Positions 27,219 to 35,700 of a stretch of 43,554 bases of DNA are shown piece after piece. The notes below the pieces were generated by a model. That model saw only the letters and a list, made by a program, of their open reading frames with translations. It did no database searches and was not told where the DNA came from. The stretch is from the IMG/VR virus record IMGVR_UViG_3300032272_000026, positions 1 through 43,554 of that record. One strand, 5' to 3'. The DNA comes from a virus (taxonomy: Duplodnaviria > Caudoviricetes). Made by a program: the position numbers and the translations under genes. Every line of letters begins with the position of its first letter. The stretch's first letter is position 1.

Positions 27219-27448
27219 GTCAAAACACTCCAACCCGTTGTGCTGTTCCAGTTTTTAGTCCCTTTTGATGTAGTAAAAGAAAGAGCAAAGACTCGAATAC
27301 CGTTTATCATAGTGTATTCTTTTTCTTTGCTTGATTTTAAGATAAGCTTTTTTTGAATCGGTTTTGCGATATTGGTAGGCCACTCGTACCAGGGGCCATC
27401 TTTGCGAGCTTGAAAAGAACACAAAAGTTTTGGTTTAGTTCTGGTCAT
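27215..27448 (-). CDS. Small basic hypothetical protein (paralog A) between the polymerase halves
   Basis: ATG directly after the UDG-exo stop; G.W..WP...KP, IN, W....GW. Confidence 0.65.
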   Translation of the reverse strand: MTRTKPKLLCSFQARKDGPWYEWPTNIAKPIQKKLILKSSKEKEYTMINGIRVFALSFTTSKGTKNWNSTTGWSVLT

Positions 27449-27449
27449 T

Positions 27450-28559
27450 TTAGGCGTCCTTTTTAGTTTCGGTATCGTGAGAAGTTCGCATAGATTTCCA
27501 ACTAGGTTCATTCGTATAAATTGAACCTAGGAAACCTAAACCTTTTTTCAATTCTGGCTGTATGGAATGCGCCAGAATCATACTGTCGTAATAAAACCCT
27601 TGGGTTTTTATTCCTATAGTGCTGTAGAGGTATTGAACATCATAGAGGCCATTTTGAGCTAGTTTAGGAATTGGACTCTCAAGGATTCTTTTAATGACCC
27701 GCCAAGCATAGGCTTCAAGACGAAAAATTCTCCAATAAGAAAAATCAGGTTCAAGCTCATTCCAAATGGGGATAACATAAGAACTGTATTTATCTGGCGA
27801 AAAGGAAATTGAGGTTATTTGACTTAGCTTTGTCTCAATGTCAATTGATAGAAAATCACACTCCATTAAATTTATTTCAAATTGTTCCAAATCCTCGCTT
27901 GTTTCGGCAATGTAAATGGTCCGCTTTGGTCGGGTTATTTCGGAAGTTTCAGCTTCTTTTTTCGCTTTCATCAGGTCTGCGATTACGACCGGGCGATCAT
28001 GCCACCTTCTTAAAATGTATGAAGGGTGGTATGTCGGCAAGACTTTGAGTCCCGGGAGTAAGGAAGACTCAATTATAGTGCCCCGCAAGGTTGTGATTTT
28101 ATGATTACCGAGAAGTGCCCAGCAGGCTGTAGCTCCTAGAGCTATTACAATATTAGGCTTGATTTGGTCAAGCTCGGCCCTAAGACGTTCTAGGCAGGTA
28201 AGCTTTTTAGGGTGTAGATACTTACCAGCTTTGATTGGTGGAAATTTATAAGAACTTCCCAGGTGCTTAGAGGCTTCGGTTTTGTTAGAGCACCAGGAAT
28301 CAAGTTTGTTCCCTGGGGGCTGTTCTAAGAAAACTGTAGTGACATGAAACGAAGTCTGTTTCCACCATTTTAAAAGGGAGAAGGGGCCGCTTTTAGGCTC
28401 CTCGATGATCAATCCTGCGTCGAATAATTGTGCTATTAATTCTTTCCCTGAAGCACCTAGAAAGGGAAAACCCAGGTTTGCGTCCTGCTTGCCAGGGGCC
28501 TCGCCGACAATGGCTATTTTTGCCCCCGGTCGAAAATATGGCTGGATTGATTTAGTCAT
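27450..28559 (-). CDS. Uracil-DNA glycosylase (family 4-like) fused to the N-terminal part of a 3'-5' proofreading exonuclease
   Basis: IVGEAPG, PF.GASG, ALGATA and TYHPSY (UDG); SIDIET (ExoI), AQNGLYD (ExoII), DSMILAH. Confidence 0.88.
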   Translation of the reverse strand: MTKSIQPYFRPGAKIAIVGEAPGKQDANLGFPFLGASGKELIAQLFDAGLIIEEPKSGPFSLLKWWKQTSFHVTTVFLEQPPGNKLDSWCSNKTEASKHLGSSYKFPPIKAGKYLHPKKLTCLERLRAELDQIKPNIVIALGATACWALLGNHKITTLRGTIIESSLLPGLKVLPTYHPSYILRRWHDRPVVIADLMKAKKEAETSEITRPKRTIYIAETSEDLEQFEINLMECDFLSIDIETKLSQITSISFSPDKYSSYVIPIWNELEPDFSYWRIFRLEAYAWRVIKRILESPIPKLAQNGLYDVQYLYSTIGIKTQGFYYDSMILAHSIQPELKKGLGFLGSIYTNEPSWKSMRTSHDTETKKDA

Positions 28560-28628
28560 TTTATAAAGTTATCCTCTACCCAATCTAAATGGATTGAAAA
28601 TCTGTGTGATTATATTTGAATGGCAAAA

Positions 28629-28850
28629 CTACCATTTTCCGTCTTCCTTGATGGACGCTTCTTTTTTTACCCAGAGATGGGTCAACATGAACGCCCAGGG
28701 GGACTCGGCCCGGAGGGTGTCAATTTCACCTTTAGCCCCTTCCTTTGTTTCATGAGGCGTTCCACTGATTTTCGAATCCTTGAACCGGCCTGTATCCACT
28801 CTGGAACCTGGAAGATGAGTTGGGCCAAGCATGGCGAAATAAACTGTCAC
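28629..28850 (-). CDS. Hypothetical protein
   Basis: 73 aa ORF filling a gap in the - strand operon; GTG start. Confidence 0.5.
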   Translation of the reverse strand: MTVYFAMLGPTHLPGSRVDTGRFKDSKISGTPHETKEGAKGEIDTLRAESPWAFMLTHLWVKKEASIKEDGKW

Positions 28851-28907
28851 GATTTGTTCCCTTCAACGGACAGGAGGGTATCTTCAGCGATCTCCGCTTC
28901 GGCTCGA

Positions 28908-30275
28908 TTATTCAGTTCCATGCGTTATCCCTTTTTGTGAAACTACTTTTTTAACCCACTCGGTATTTAGTCGACGATTAGCCGCTTCGGCATATTCTGG
29001 ATTTAGTTCTAAACCTTTGATGGTCTTAGGGGAAAAATCAAGCGCCGCAATTAGGGCATTCCCACTACCTGCGGTTGGATCAAGGACTGACGTATGCTCA
29101 TCAATAAAAAGGCGAAAGAAATGCTTTAACATCGGCACTGGTTTTTCTGATATGTGATTAGCTTTTGTTGATGGGGCAGAATACGCATTGCTTACCATGT
29201 TAACAGTTTTACGATTGCCCCTGGACAAAATCAAGGCGGTTTCATAAACGCGCCTGGGTTGACGTTGGGCGTCCGGGCATATTCCTGCGTTGTCAGATTT
29301 TGTCCAGATTAGCGGGAAAGGTTGTACAGTAAGTTCAGTGTTGTTCTGGAAAAATTCCATGGTCTCGGTATAGTACGACATAGAAAACCAAAACATGATG
29401 TGAGCTTGTGGGAATAAAATTCTGTCGAGGTTGTTCCGCAAGGTCTCGCATAAGGCCCAATAAACATCTGGAGAGTCTTCATAGGCTCCATGGCGGGCAC
29501 TACCTCCGAGATCGCTTTTTTGGTGGTTAATGCCATAGGGGAAATCGCAATGAAGAAATGAAAAAGGGCGTCCCTTGTATGAGTTAGCCCAGGAAATGAA
29601 ATCCGTGCAAGTTATAGCATCAATGGGTTTGGTTGGGATAGATTCTATAGGTGCTGTATCTTCTTGGTCGTTTTCCTGGGAAGAATTTAAAATAATATTC
29701 GCTTTGGGAATATATACTAAGTTTTCAACTTCAACCTCGATGAGACGCTCCCGGCGCTTGCTTTCCAGATTCCAAGCTGCGTTTAAATTGGAGCATGCAA
29801 GAAGCTTTTCATCCCCGGGGTTCTCAAGAAGGGCTCTGCCTACAGTTATCCATCTTGATATAGAACCTTGAGGAAGTCCTAAAGAATCAGCGGTTTTGCT
29901 AAGTGTCCACTCGGTAGAATCTGCAAAAGCTCGATCGCTGAATTGCACAATTGCAAGGGCTTGATCAGTCCAGGTAAGTTGTTCTCGTTTGATGTTTTCT
30001 TCGAGTTCAATTTGATGAATGTCCTGGGGGGTCAGGTTATCGCGGAAAGTGGCTGCTATCTTAGACCATTTTAATTTTTTGGCGGCGGTCAGGCGGCGTT
30101 CTCCTGCAATAAGAGTCCATTCACCGGGGACGTCAACAAAATCCCCTACGATAATTGGAGCAAGCTGACCTAGACGGAACATTGAATCCGCCAAAATATC
30201 AATATTGGTTAAGTCTTTACGCTGGCGATTTTCTTTAATGTGAATTTTTTTTATGTCGATAAAAGATGTTTTCAT
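28908..30275 (-). CDS. ParB-like N-terminal domain fused to an N4-C/N6-A (beta-class) DNA methyltransferase
   Basis: RQRK, LIAGERRL.A and ELEENIKR (ParB); DFPYG (motif IV variant), H.SEKP and VLDPTAGSG (motif I); ATGA-coupled start 30275. Confidence 0.85.
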   Translation of the reverse strand: MKTSFIDIKKIHIKENRQRKDLTNIDILADSMFRLGQLAPIIVGDFVDVPGEWTLIAGERRLTAAKKLKWSKIAATFRDNLTPQDIHQIELEENIKREQLTWTDQALAIVQFSDRAFADSTEWTLSKTADSLGLPQGSISRWITVGRALLENPGDEKLLACSNLNAAWNLESKRRERLIEVEVENLVYIPKANIILNSSQENDQEDTAPIESIPTKPIDAITCTDFISWANSYKGRPFSFLHCDFPYGINHQKSDLGGSARHGAYEDSPDVYWALCETLRNNLDRILFPQAHIMFWFSMSYYTETMEFFQNNTELTVQPFPLIWTKSDNAGICPDAQRQPRRVYETALILSRGNRKTVNMVSNAYSAPSTKANHISEKPVPMLKHFFRLFIDEHTSVLDPTAGSGNALIAALDFSPKTIKGLELNPEYAEAANRRLNTEWVKKVVSQKGITHGTE

Positions 30276-30568
30276 TTTAAAAGACCTCTGGATACACATT
30301 CTTCATGAAGCATATGACAAGAAATAATAGAGAAGTTATCGCACTGGGGGCAAATACCGTTAACTGCCTGAGCAGTTACAGGGGCTGTAGCCCCACAGCC
30401 TGGATCGCAGCAGATACCCGCAACGAGAGGTGCGGAAAGATTAGCTGCAATTAAGGCTGCTATATCAGGGCTAAATTTACCCATTGACCCTAAGACAAAA
30501 CCTTCGTTCAAGGCTAAGTCTTCGAGGAGTTCTTTTGCATCGATGTCATTGTAAAATGCTCGGGGCAT
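30272..30568 (-). CDS. Zn-ribbon hypothetical protein
   Basis: CCDPGC...CPQC; GGAG RBS. Confidence 0.7.
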   Translation of the reverse strand: MPRAFYNDIDAKELLEDLALNEGFVLGSMGKFSPDIAALIAANLSAPLVAGICCDPGCGATAPVTAQAVNGICPQCDNFSIISCHMLHEECVSRGLLK

Positions 30569-30583
30569 GATTGACTGCTCCTG

Positions 30584-30649
30584 TTACTGGTGGGTGTAAT
30601 AAAAAATTACATAAGAAATAATAAGGCCAATTAGAATCTCAATAAACAT
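30584..30649 (-). CDS. Possible 21-aa hydrophobic peptide (MFIEILIGLIISYVIFYYTHQ)
   Basis: Translated by hand, below the ORF-track cutoff; single TM-like stretch; weak RBS. Confidence 0.35.
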   Translation of the reverse strand: MFIEILIGLIISYVIFYYTHQ

Positions 30650-30679
30650 TTTTTTTTCTTTCTATTTATAAATATAAAT

Positions 30680-30733
30680 GCAGGGTCACCGGAATGGGTT
30701 GGTAGATAAAACACCTTATTTTCCGGCCCCTGC
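30680..30733 (-). other. Long imperfect RNA stem-loop (terminator or processing site)
   Basis: GCAGGG/CCCTGC and CCGGAA/TTCCGG arms, followed on the - strand by ATTTATATTT. Confidence 0.55.
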
Positions 30734-30799
30734 TGACTAAGGTTACTAAGCCACTCTTAGCCTAGGCTTTTGCGCTTCTTGAAAGACTTGGCTAACTTT

Positions 30800-31249
30800 T
30801 TATTCTACGGATACCTGTGCCGTGGAATCGATTTCGGCAAAAGGAGATTCAAGGTCTTTTTCGTTCGGTTTATGGACAATTCGACCGACGAAAGAGGCTC
30901 CGGTGGTTTCGCCAATGGCTTCAGAGAGTTTGCCTGTAAGTCCCAGATGCTCACCTACAAAGGTATCCAAGCGAAACAAAGAATCTTCAGTGAGATAGAA
31001 CGTATACCGAATTTTCTTCTTTGCCATGGCAGCCTGCCCGCCGAAAGCTTCCAGAGCTTCATCATCCACATCTTCATACGCTTCGACAGGCTGACACATA
31101 AAGCGGACGAACGGCGTTTTCTTCTGGTTAGACTCCCCAGTTTCATGCTCGGAGATGACAAAGGTGTAGGAACCTTCGGGGAGTGGTTTTGGTTTTTCAA
31201 CGGTGCCGACATTACGATCCAGAAGGTTAGCAAAGTTTGGGGTGCTCAT
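30800..31249 (-). CDS. Single-stranded DNA-binding protein-like (DUF669-type)
   Basis: PKPLPEGSY, S.QKKTPFV.F, FYLTE.SLFRL, G.I.H; adjacent to the AAA ATPase and exonuclease. Confidence 0.65.
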   Translation of the reverse strand: MSTPNFANLLDRNVGTVEKPKPLPEGSYTFVISEHETGESNQKKTPFVRFMCQPVEAYEDVDDEALEAFGGQAAMAKKKIRYTFYLTEDSLFRLDTFVGEHLGLTGKLSEAIGETTGASFVGRIVHKPNEKDLESPFAEIDSTAQVSVE

Positions 31250-31333
31250 TTGTAAGTCTCCAATTTTCAAAATGTGGGTTGGCGATTATTCGCTACCCTG
31301 GGTTTAATTAAAACAAGTAAGACTGGTTAGATG

Positions 31334-32152
31334 TTAGCTTTTTCTGAGGGCTTTGAAAAGATCAGCAAGCCCGGTAGATAAGGGTAGCTCTGCAGGGACA
31401 GTGCCGGGAACTGCGGCAACTTTTAGATCGATCAGAACCTGGGGCTGTGTGCAGAGCACTCGTTTCATTTTGGCTCCCGCAGTTTTAGTTTTTGCCAAAA
31501 CGCAGGTGTTAAAGTAGCGGAAAATCTTAGGCGGTAATTTTTTGCCCAAGGATGTCGGAACGAGCTTTATAGTTTCTCCTTTTTCATTTTCAACTGGTGA
31601 AAGATGTGCAATCACGACGACGTTACATTTAACGGAATCGGAATAGAGCATCTCAAGAAATGATTGAACAAGGGACATTGCTTCGCCCCAATCGCTTTGG
31701 TAGGGATGTTGACCATTGCGCCCGTTAAGAACTAAAACATACCGGAGGGCAGCATCTGATAGCATTGAGAGGGAATCGATAACAAGAACATCTTGGGAAG
31801 TCCAGGTATAAATCGAGCCTAAGTCGATATGATCGGGGGAATCCTTGAGGCCTTCTTTCCATCCATCAAGAAGACGAACGCTCTCAGGCCATGCTTTGGC
31901 GGCTCCTTTTACCATGACTCTCCCAGCAGCTGAAGTGAGTCGATCCGTGAATGTTTTGTATTGGACGGTTTTAATTTCTTTCTCAGTCAGCAGGTGTGGG
32001 AGAATATCCAAACCTGAATCGTAATCGAGAATGCGTAAGTTGTAACCATCTTTGACTAAGGAGGCTAAAGAGCCTGTTTTACCTGTACCTGAATCGCCAA
32101 GGAGAAGCATCTTAGTTGATGAGGCTGAGGTATGGTTACTTAAGCTAGGCAT
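31334..32152 (-). CDS. AAA_24/Sak4-like P-loop ATPase (recombination)
   Basis: GDSGTGKT Walker A, VLVIDSLS Walker B, DWG, VVIAH. Confidence 0.82.
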   Translation of the reverse strand: MPSLSNHTSASSTKMLLLGDSGTGKTGSLASLVKDGYNLRILDYDSGLDILPHLLTEKEIKTVQYKTFTDRLTSAAGRVMVKGAAKAWPESVRLLDGWKEGLKDSPDHIDLGSIYTWTSQDVLVIDSLSMLSDAALRYVLVLNGRNGQHPYQSDWGEAMSLVQSFLEMLYSDSVKCNVVVIAHLSPVENEKGETIKLVPTSLGKKLPPKIFRYFNTCVLAKTKTAGAKMKRVLCTQPQVLIDLKVAAVPGTVPAELPLSTGLADLFKALRKS

Positions 32153-32417
32153 TGGTTTTCTCCGCTTCTATTCTCTTCAGAGTTTGCCAGAGTTCGTCTA
32201 TTTTAACCGCAATTTGACGTAATAATGCTTTTATCTCATCGCTGTGTTGATATGCTAGATCTTTTTCGGCATTTAATTTTGTTTGATAAGAAATTTTATC
32301 TCCAGGTCGAATCGAGATTAACCGTAACAGTCTTAATTGTGCACTCAATCCGTCAAGAGATCCTTGGAGAAAGTTTCTGGATCGAGCTAACTTTTCATTT
32401 TGAGATAATTGTCTCAT
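32145..32417 (-). CDS. Hypothetical protein
   Basis: ATG 32417 (MRQLSQ...) with GGAG RBS just after the exonuclease stop. Confidence 0.6.
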   Translation of the reverse strand: MRQLSQNEKLARSRNFLQGSLDGLSAQLRLLRLISIRPGDKISYQTKLNAEKDLAYQHSDEIKALLRQIAVKIDELWQTLKRIEAEKTNA

Positions 32418-32421
32418 CGGT

Positions 32422-33471
32422 TTACTCCAGCGCCGTTCGAGCTTTGGTTGGATCCCAAAGTCGTTGGACAAAATCACCTTTGAGATACATTTCGCGCACT
32501 CCAGGATCTGCGGCGCAAATTTTAACAAAAGGACAAAAAGAGTGTGAACAAGCCATGTCATTCTGAGGCCAAGAACCCTCGGCGGCATACATCTCAGCGT
32601 GTCTGAGATAGTATTTAAGGGAGTCCAACCACTCTTCCTGGTGGGCCGAGGTTCGATTAGCGAAACCACGGGCGTATCGAGTAAAGCCTACTGCGATTTG
32701 GGCTCCGTCGATGATTACGCCTTTTACAGGTTTTGCTAGAGAAACTGTACCAGCCAAGGTGTAAAAGGTCATCTGGTTGTCTGGGGTGAAGCGATCAAAC
32801 CAAGAAGAGCTTAAGGCTGTGCCCGTGGTTTTATAATCAGCAATGTAAAGAGCGTCTTGGAATTCAACCACACGATCAAGATGGCCCGCCAAAAAATACT
32901 GATGCTGGGTGTCCATGCTGGTTATGCCAGAAGAAAACTCAAAATGATGCTCAACAGCTGGAATATTCCCAGAGAGCATGTAAGTTTTTGCTGGGTCATT
33001 TATCCCGTAATGATCCAGATACCACACGACCGACCGAAGGAGTGTTAAAGGTGTCTTAGTCTTGAAACCGAAGAACTTCTTTTTATAGCATTGGGTAAGG
33101 ACTTTTCGCACAGCGGCTCGAAGAGCAATTTCATGTCCGGTGTCTGAATAAGCTTGAGACGCCATTACACGTTCGTAAGTCTCGAGCGCTTCATGGTAGA
33201 TGCTGCCGAATGTAAGGTGCTCGGATTGAACGCGAGACCTCCAGCCCAGAACAATCTCGAGATAATATTTATAGGGACAAGTTTTGAGTGCCCCAAGAGA
33301 TGTACTGTCCCAAGTGGTTTGAAGGAATGGTGATTCCTTCAAAGTTTTGTTAAAGGCCCCTGAGTGCTCAAAATTAGGTCCAGATATAACTGGAGCCCTC
33401 TCATCTGGGTCAGAAACTGGAAGTTGATCTTCTTGCATTTTTATTTCCACCATCCTGTTTGAGTGCTCCAT
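32422..33471 (-). CDS. PD-(D/E)XK exonuclease (RecB/Cas4-like)
   Basis: TCPYKYY, FGSIYHEAL, GHLDRV, IADYKTT, Q...Y, C-terminal C....CPF..IC. Confidence 0.87.
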   Translation of the reverse strand: MEHSNRMVEIKMQEDQLPVSDPDERAPVISGPNFEHSGAFNKTLKESPFLQTTWDSTSLGALKTCPYKYYLEIVLGWRSRVQSEHLTFGSIYHEALETYERVMASQAYSDTGHEIALRAAVRKVLTQCYKKKFFGFKTKTPLTLLRSVVWYLDHYGINDPAKTYMLSGNIPAVEHHFEFSSGITSMDTQHQYFLAGHLDRVVEFQDALYIADYKTTGTALSSSWFDRFTPDNQMTFYTLAGTVSLAKPVKGVIIDGAQIAVGFTRYARGFANRTSAHQEEWLDSLKYYLRHAEMYAAEGSWPQNDMACSHSFCPFVKICAADPGVREMYLKGDFVQRLWDPTKARTALE

Positions 33472-33489
33472 TTTGGCTTTCTCGAGGCC

Positions 33490-33810
33490 TTACCAAGACT
33501 CAACTTTCGTCTGCATGTACTTCGCCAACTTCCCACCCTTCACTGCGTGGTTGGACATAATGTCACTCTCGAAGAGAGTCTTCTCCTCAACAGCAAGCGC
33601 CGCCACGGCGAAAAAATCCCCGACCTCCCGCGAGATCCTGGCCGCGTTCGTGTAAGGCTGCCCAGGCTGAATTTCGGAAAGACCAAACCGCAGCGCCTTG
33701 GAGGCTCTATGTACTACTTCAAGCGCTTCTTCCATCAAAATAATGAGTGTTTCGCGCTCTCGATCGGTCGGGAGCGGGGCGGTAGTTTTGAATTTTTCAG
33801 ATTCTTTCAT
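33490..33810 (-). CDS. MazG-like nucleotide pyrophosphohydrolase
   Basis: LMEEALEV..ASKALRFG...REVGD (EExxE...ExGD). Confidence 0.65.
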   Translation of the reverse strand: MKESEKFKTTAPLPTDRERETLIILMEEALEVVHRASKALRFGLSEIQPGQPYTNAARISREVGDFFAVAALAVEEKTLFESDIMSNHAVKGGKLAKYMQTKVESW

Positions 33811-33867
33811 GGTGTTCTAATCCTCCATTTGGTGACATCGACATAAAAGGCTTTTAAGGTTGTTGCT

Positions 33868-34080
33868 TTAAATACCCAGGTCGGCAAGGTCTAATTTTTT
33901 AATCTTAGGACCTGATCCTGGTTTTTTGGTGCGCTCGGCTAAAGCAAACTCTGCCCGCTTTTCCCTGAATCGACGTATAATTGTATCAATGTCTACGTCG
34001 TCCATTTCGAGTGGGTCTCGAGAAAATACTTCGACAATGTCGTCAGAGTTTGGTGGTTTGATTAATGGTAAATTTGTCAT
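33868..34080 (-). CDS. Hypothetical protein
   Basis: AAGGAG RBS; FSRDPL, R..RA.F, LDLADLGI. Confidence 0.7.
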   Translation of the reverse strand: MTNLPLIKPPNSDDIVEVFSRDPLEMDDVDIDTIIRRFREKRAEFALAERTKKPGSGPKIKKLDLADLGI

Positions 34081-34246
34081 GGGCTTCTCCTTCACGTTGG
34101 CGTAAGGCGTTACAAAAGTTATTAAGAATTCGTCGAGCTGCGACAGTTTTGCCTATTTGAGGATAAAATCGCTCAAGTAACTCCCAGTCGTCAACTTTAA
34201 CATTGAAAGTTACTTTAATTAGTGAATGGTCTTTACGCCTAGCCAT
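34043..34246 (-). CDS. Small basic protein, possible ribbon-helix-helix
   Basis: Beta strand KVTFNV followed by two helices; GGAG RBS. Confidence 0.55.
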   Translation of the reverse strand: MARRKDHSLIKVTFNVKVDDWELLERFYPQIGKTVAARRILNNFCNALRQREGEAHDKFTINQTTKL

Positions 34247-34490
34247 GCTCAGGCTCCTGATTTTGCTTGACGAGAGCTTTATTGATGAGAAGAAGTTTAT
34301 TCGGATCGTCCGGGTGGTTACGTATTTGAATATCCTCAGCTTCGGTAATGCCTCGTTTTTTTAATTGGGCGCGAACTGAGTAATAGTTAGCTCGGAACGC
34401 TTTAGGATCATTTGTCTCGACAAGAATACCTAAAGGGGAATCTATAGCTGAATATATAAGTGCTTGGACTATTTTTTGATTATCAGACAT
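34239..34490 (-). CDS. Hypothetical protein
   Basis: SPLGI.V.T.DP..FR...Y..R; operon-packed. Confidence 0.7.
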   Translation of the reverse strand: MSDNQKIVQALIYSAIDSPLGILVETNDPKAFRANYYSVRAQLKKRGITEAEDIQIRNHPDDPNKLLLINKALVKQNQEPEHG

Positions 34491-34501
34491 TTTGACGGCC
34501 T

Positions 34502-34759
34502 TTATTTACCAGCGTTGTAAGACGCTAGAATAACGCCTGGATGAGTCGCAGTACTGTATCCAATGTGCTCAACTGTTATTTGATCGAGGGAAGTAGGCCA
34601 ACCATAATTACTTGTATTATTTTTGTTTAGCGGCTTGCCAGTGCAGGGATGTATGTTGCTGGCCTCTTTAGTGCTGTCAGCAATGACAATTGCTGAATCG
34701 AAAGTATCATAGCCAAAGGTATAATTAGTGGGATAGATTTTATAAATCTTGAATGGCAT
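34502..34759 (-). CDS. Hypothetical phage protein
   Basis: YDTFDSAIV.A....A..IHP...GVILASYNAG; GGAG RBS. Confidence 0.75.
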   Translation of the reverse strand: MPFKIYKIYPTNYTFGYDTFDSAIVIADSTKEASNIHPCTGKPLNKNNTSNYGWPTSLDQITVEHIGYSTATHPGVILASYNAGK

Positions 34760-34799
34760 GGGTTGGCTCCCGGTTAATGTTTTTAAAATATTTTTAAAG

Positions 34800-34829
34800 G
34801 GGGAGGAGGCTTGGTTGATCCTCCTCCCC
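34800..34829 (-). terminator. GC-rich hairpin, probable intrinsic terminator
   Basis: ggggaggagg-10 nt-cctcctcccc perfect 10-bp stem, followed by an AT-rich run on the - strand. Confidence 0.65.
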
Positions 34830-34927
34830 TAATGGGCGCTTGAATTCCCGGTGAGGTTAAGACTTCTTTGAAGATGCTGGTGGAGCAGCTTCCTTTCTAA
34901 AGTCCCTTTGCTGACGCGGGCGGGGTG

Positions 34928-35431
34928 TTAGTCGAGTTCGATTTCACCCATCTGGGAGCGGAGAGCGATGTTGGACTCCGCCTGGGTGTGGATGGTTGCT
35001 TCGTATTTGGTGAGGATCTGCTGCAAGAGTCCCTCGACAGCCTCGGTGGTAAGGTCTTTCTTCTGGCGACCTTTGGCTCGGAGGGCTGTGGTGAGCATTT
35101 CGGATGCGAGGCGTTTCTTTTCTTTGTCCAGGGGGGACAATTGCACTGCGATTTTTCTGGCGCCGATTTCATAGGACTTGAGATAGTCGTCCAGTTCGGC
35201 CTGAGAAGGCATGGGCTGCGGTTCTACACCTTCAGCCAGCTTGCCGTTTTCTTCGTTGATCTTCTTAAGTCGCCGGGCAAAGTTGTTGCGGGCGTTTTCA
35301 GCGATAAGGCCGTTGAGGGCTTTCGCCTCAGCCTCGGTGCAGACATGTTCAGGTGCATAGGGCTGGGGCACTTGATACTTTTGGCCCTGAATGGTGATAT
35401 CAGCTTTTGGGGTTTTCTGAGTAAACTTCAT
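34928..35431 (-). CDS. Hypothetical early protein with its own promoter
   Basis: AGGAG RBS, ATG 35431; PY...H..T.AEA.ALN...AEN.RNNFA. Confidence 0.8.
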   Translation of the reverse strand: MKFTQKTPKADITIQGQKYQVPQPYAPEHVCTEAEAKALNGLIAENARNNFARRLKKINEENGKLAEGVEPQPMPSQAELDDYLKSYEIGARKIAVQLSPLDKEKKRLASEMLTTALRAKGRQKKDLTTEAVEGLLQQILTKYEATIHTQAESNIALRSQMGEIELD

Positions 35432-35502
35432 TTTGCGTCTCCTGTGGGAATTAACTGATTGTTCCCTGGTGGTTAAGGCCGGTTGGCCGATCATTTGTAT
35501 AG

Positions 35503-35531
35503 ATGATATCACATCTTGATCGGATATGCAA
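35503..35531 (-). promoter_or_regulatory. Sigma70-type promoter
   Basis: TTGCAT-17 bp-TATCAT with TGn extended -10. Confidence 0.7.
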
Positions 35532-35700
35532 GGGGTTTAGTTAGCGGGGAGATTGGGCCATATCCTGGGACCATACGTTTGTATTTTATACGGTATGGCT
35601 CTTACTCCACAGGCATTCTGAACTCATTGTCCGGGATTGGTGGTTTACAGGCCCCGTCGCACTTATGGCACCAGCCACTCCCTCCCCTCTAAAATAGTTC

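Noticed and set aside
26959-27449. Group I intron or intein interrupting the polymerase
   Set aside because: The interval is fully occupied by two coupled ORFs with no HNH, GIY-YIG or LAGLIDADG motifs, there are no intein terminal residues, and the polymerase half has its own coupled ATG. Not formally excluded without RT-PCR.
31276-31298. Small hairpin upstream of the SSB-like gene
   Set aside because: Short imperfect stem with no U-tract; at most an mRNA stabiliser, so not enough support.
32422-33471. Cas4 / CRISPR system
   Set aside because: Stand-alone phage exonuclease in a recombination module; no repeat-spacer array or other cas genes seen.
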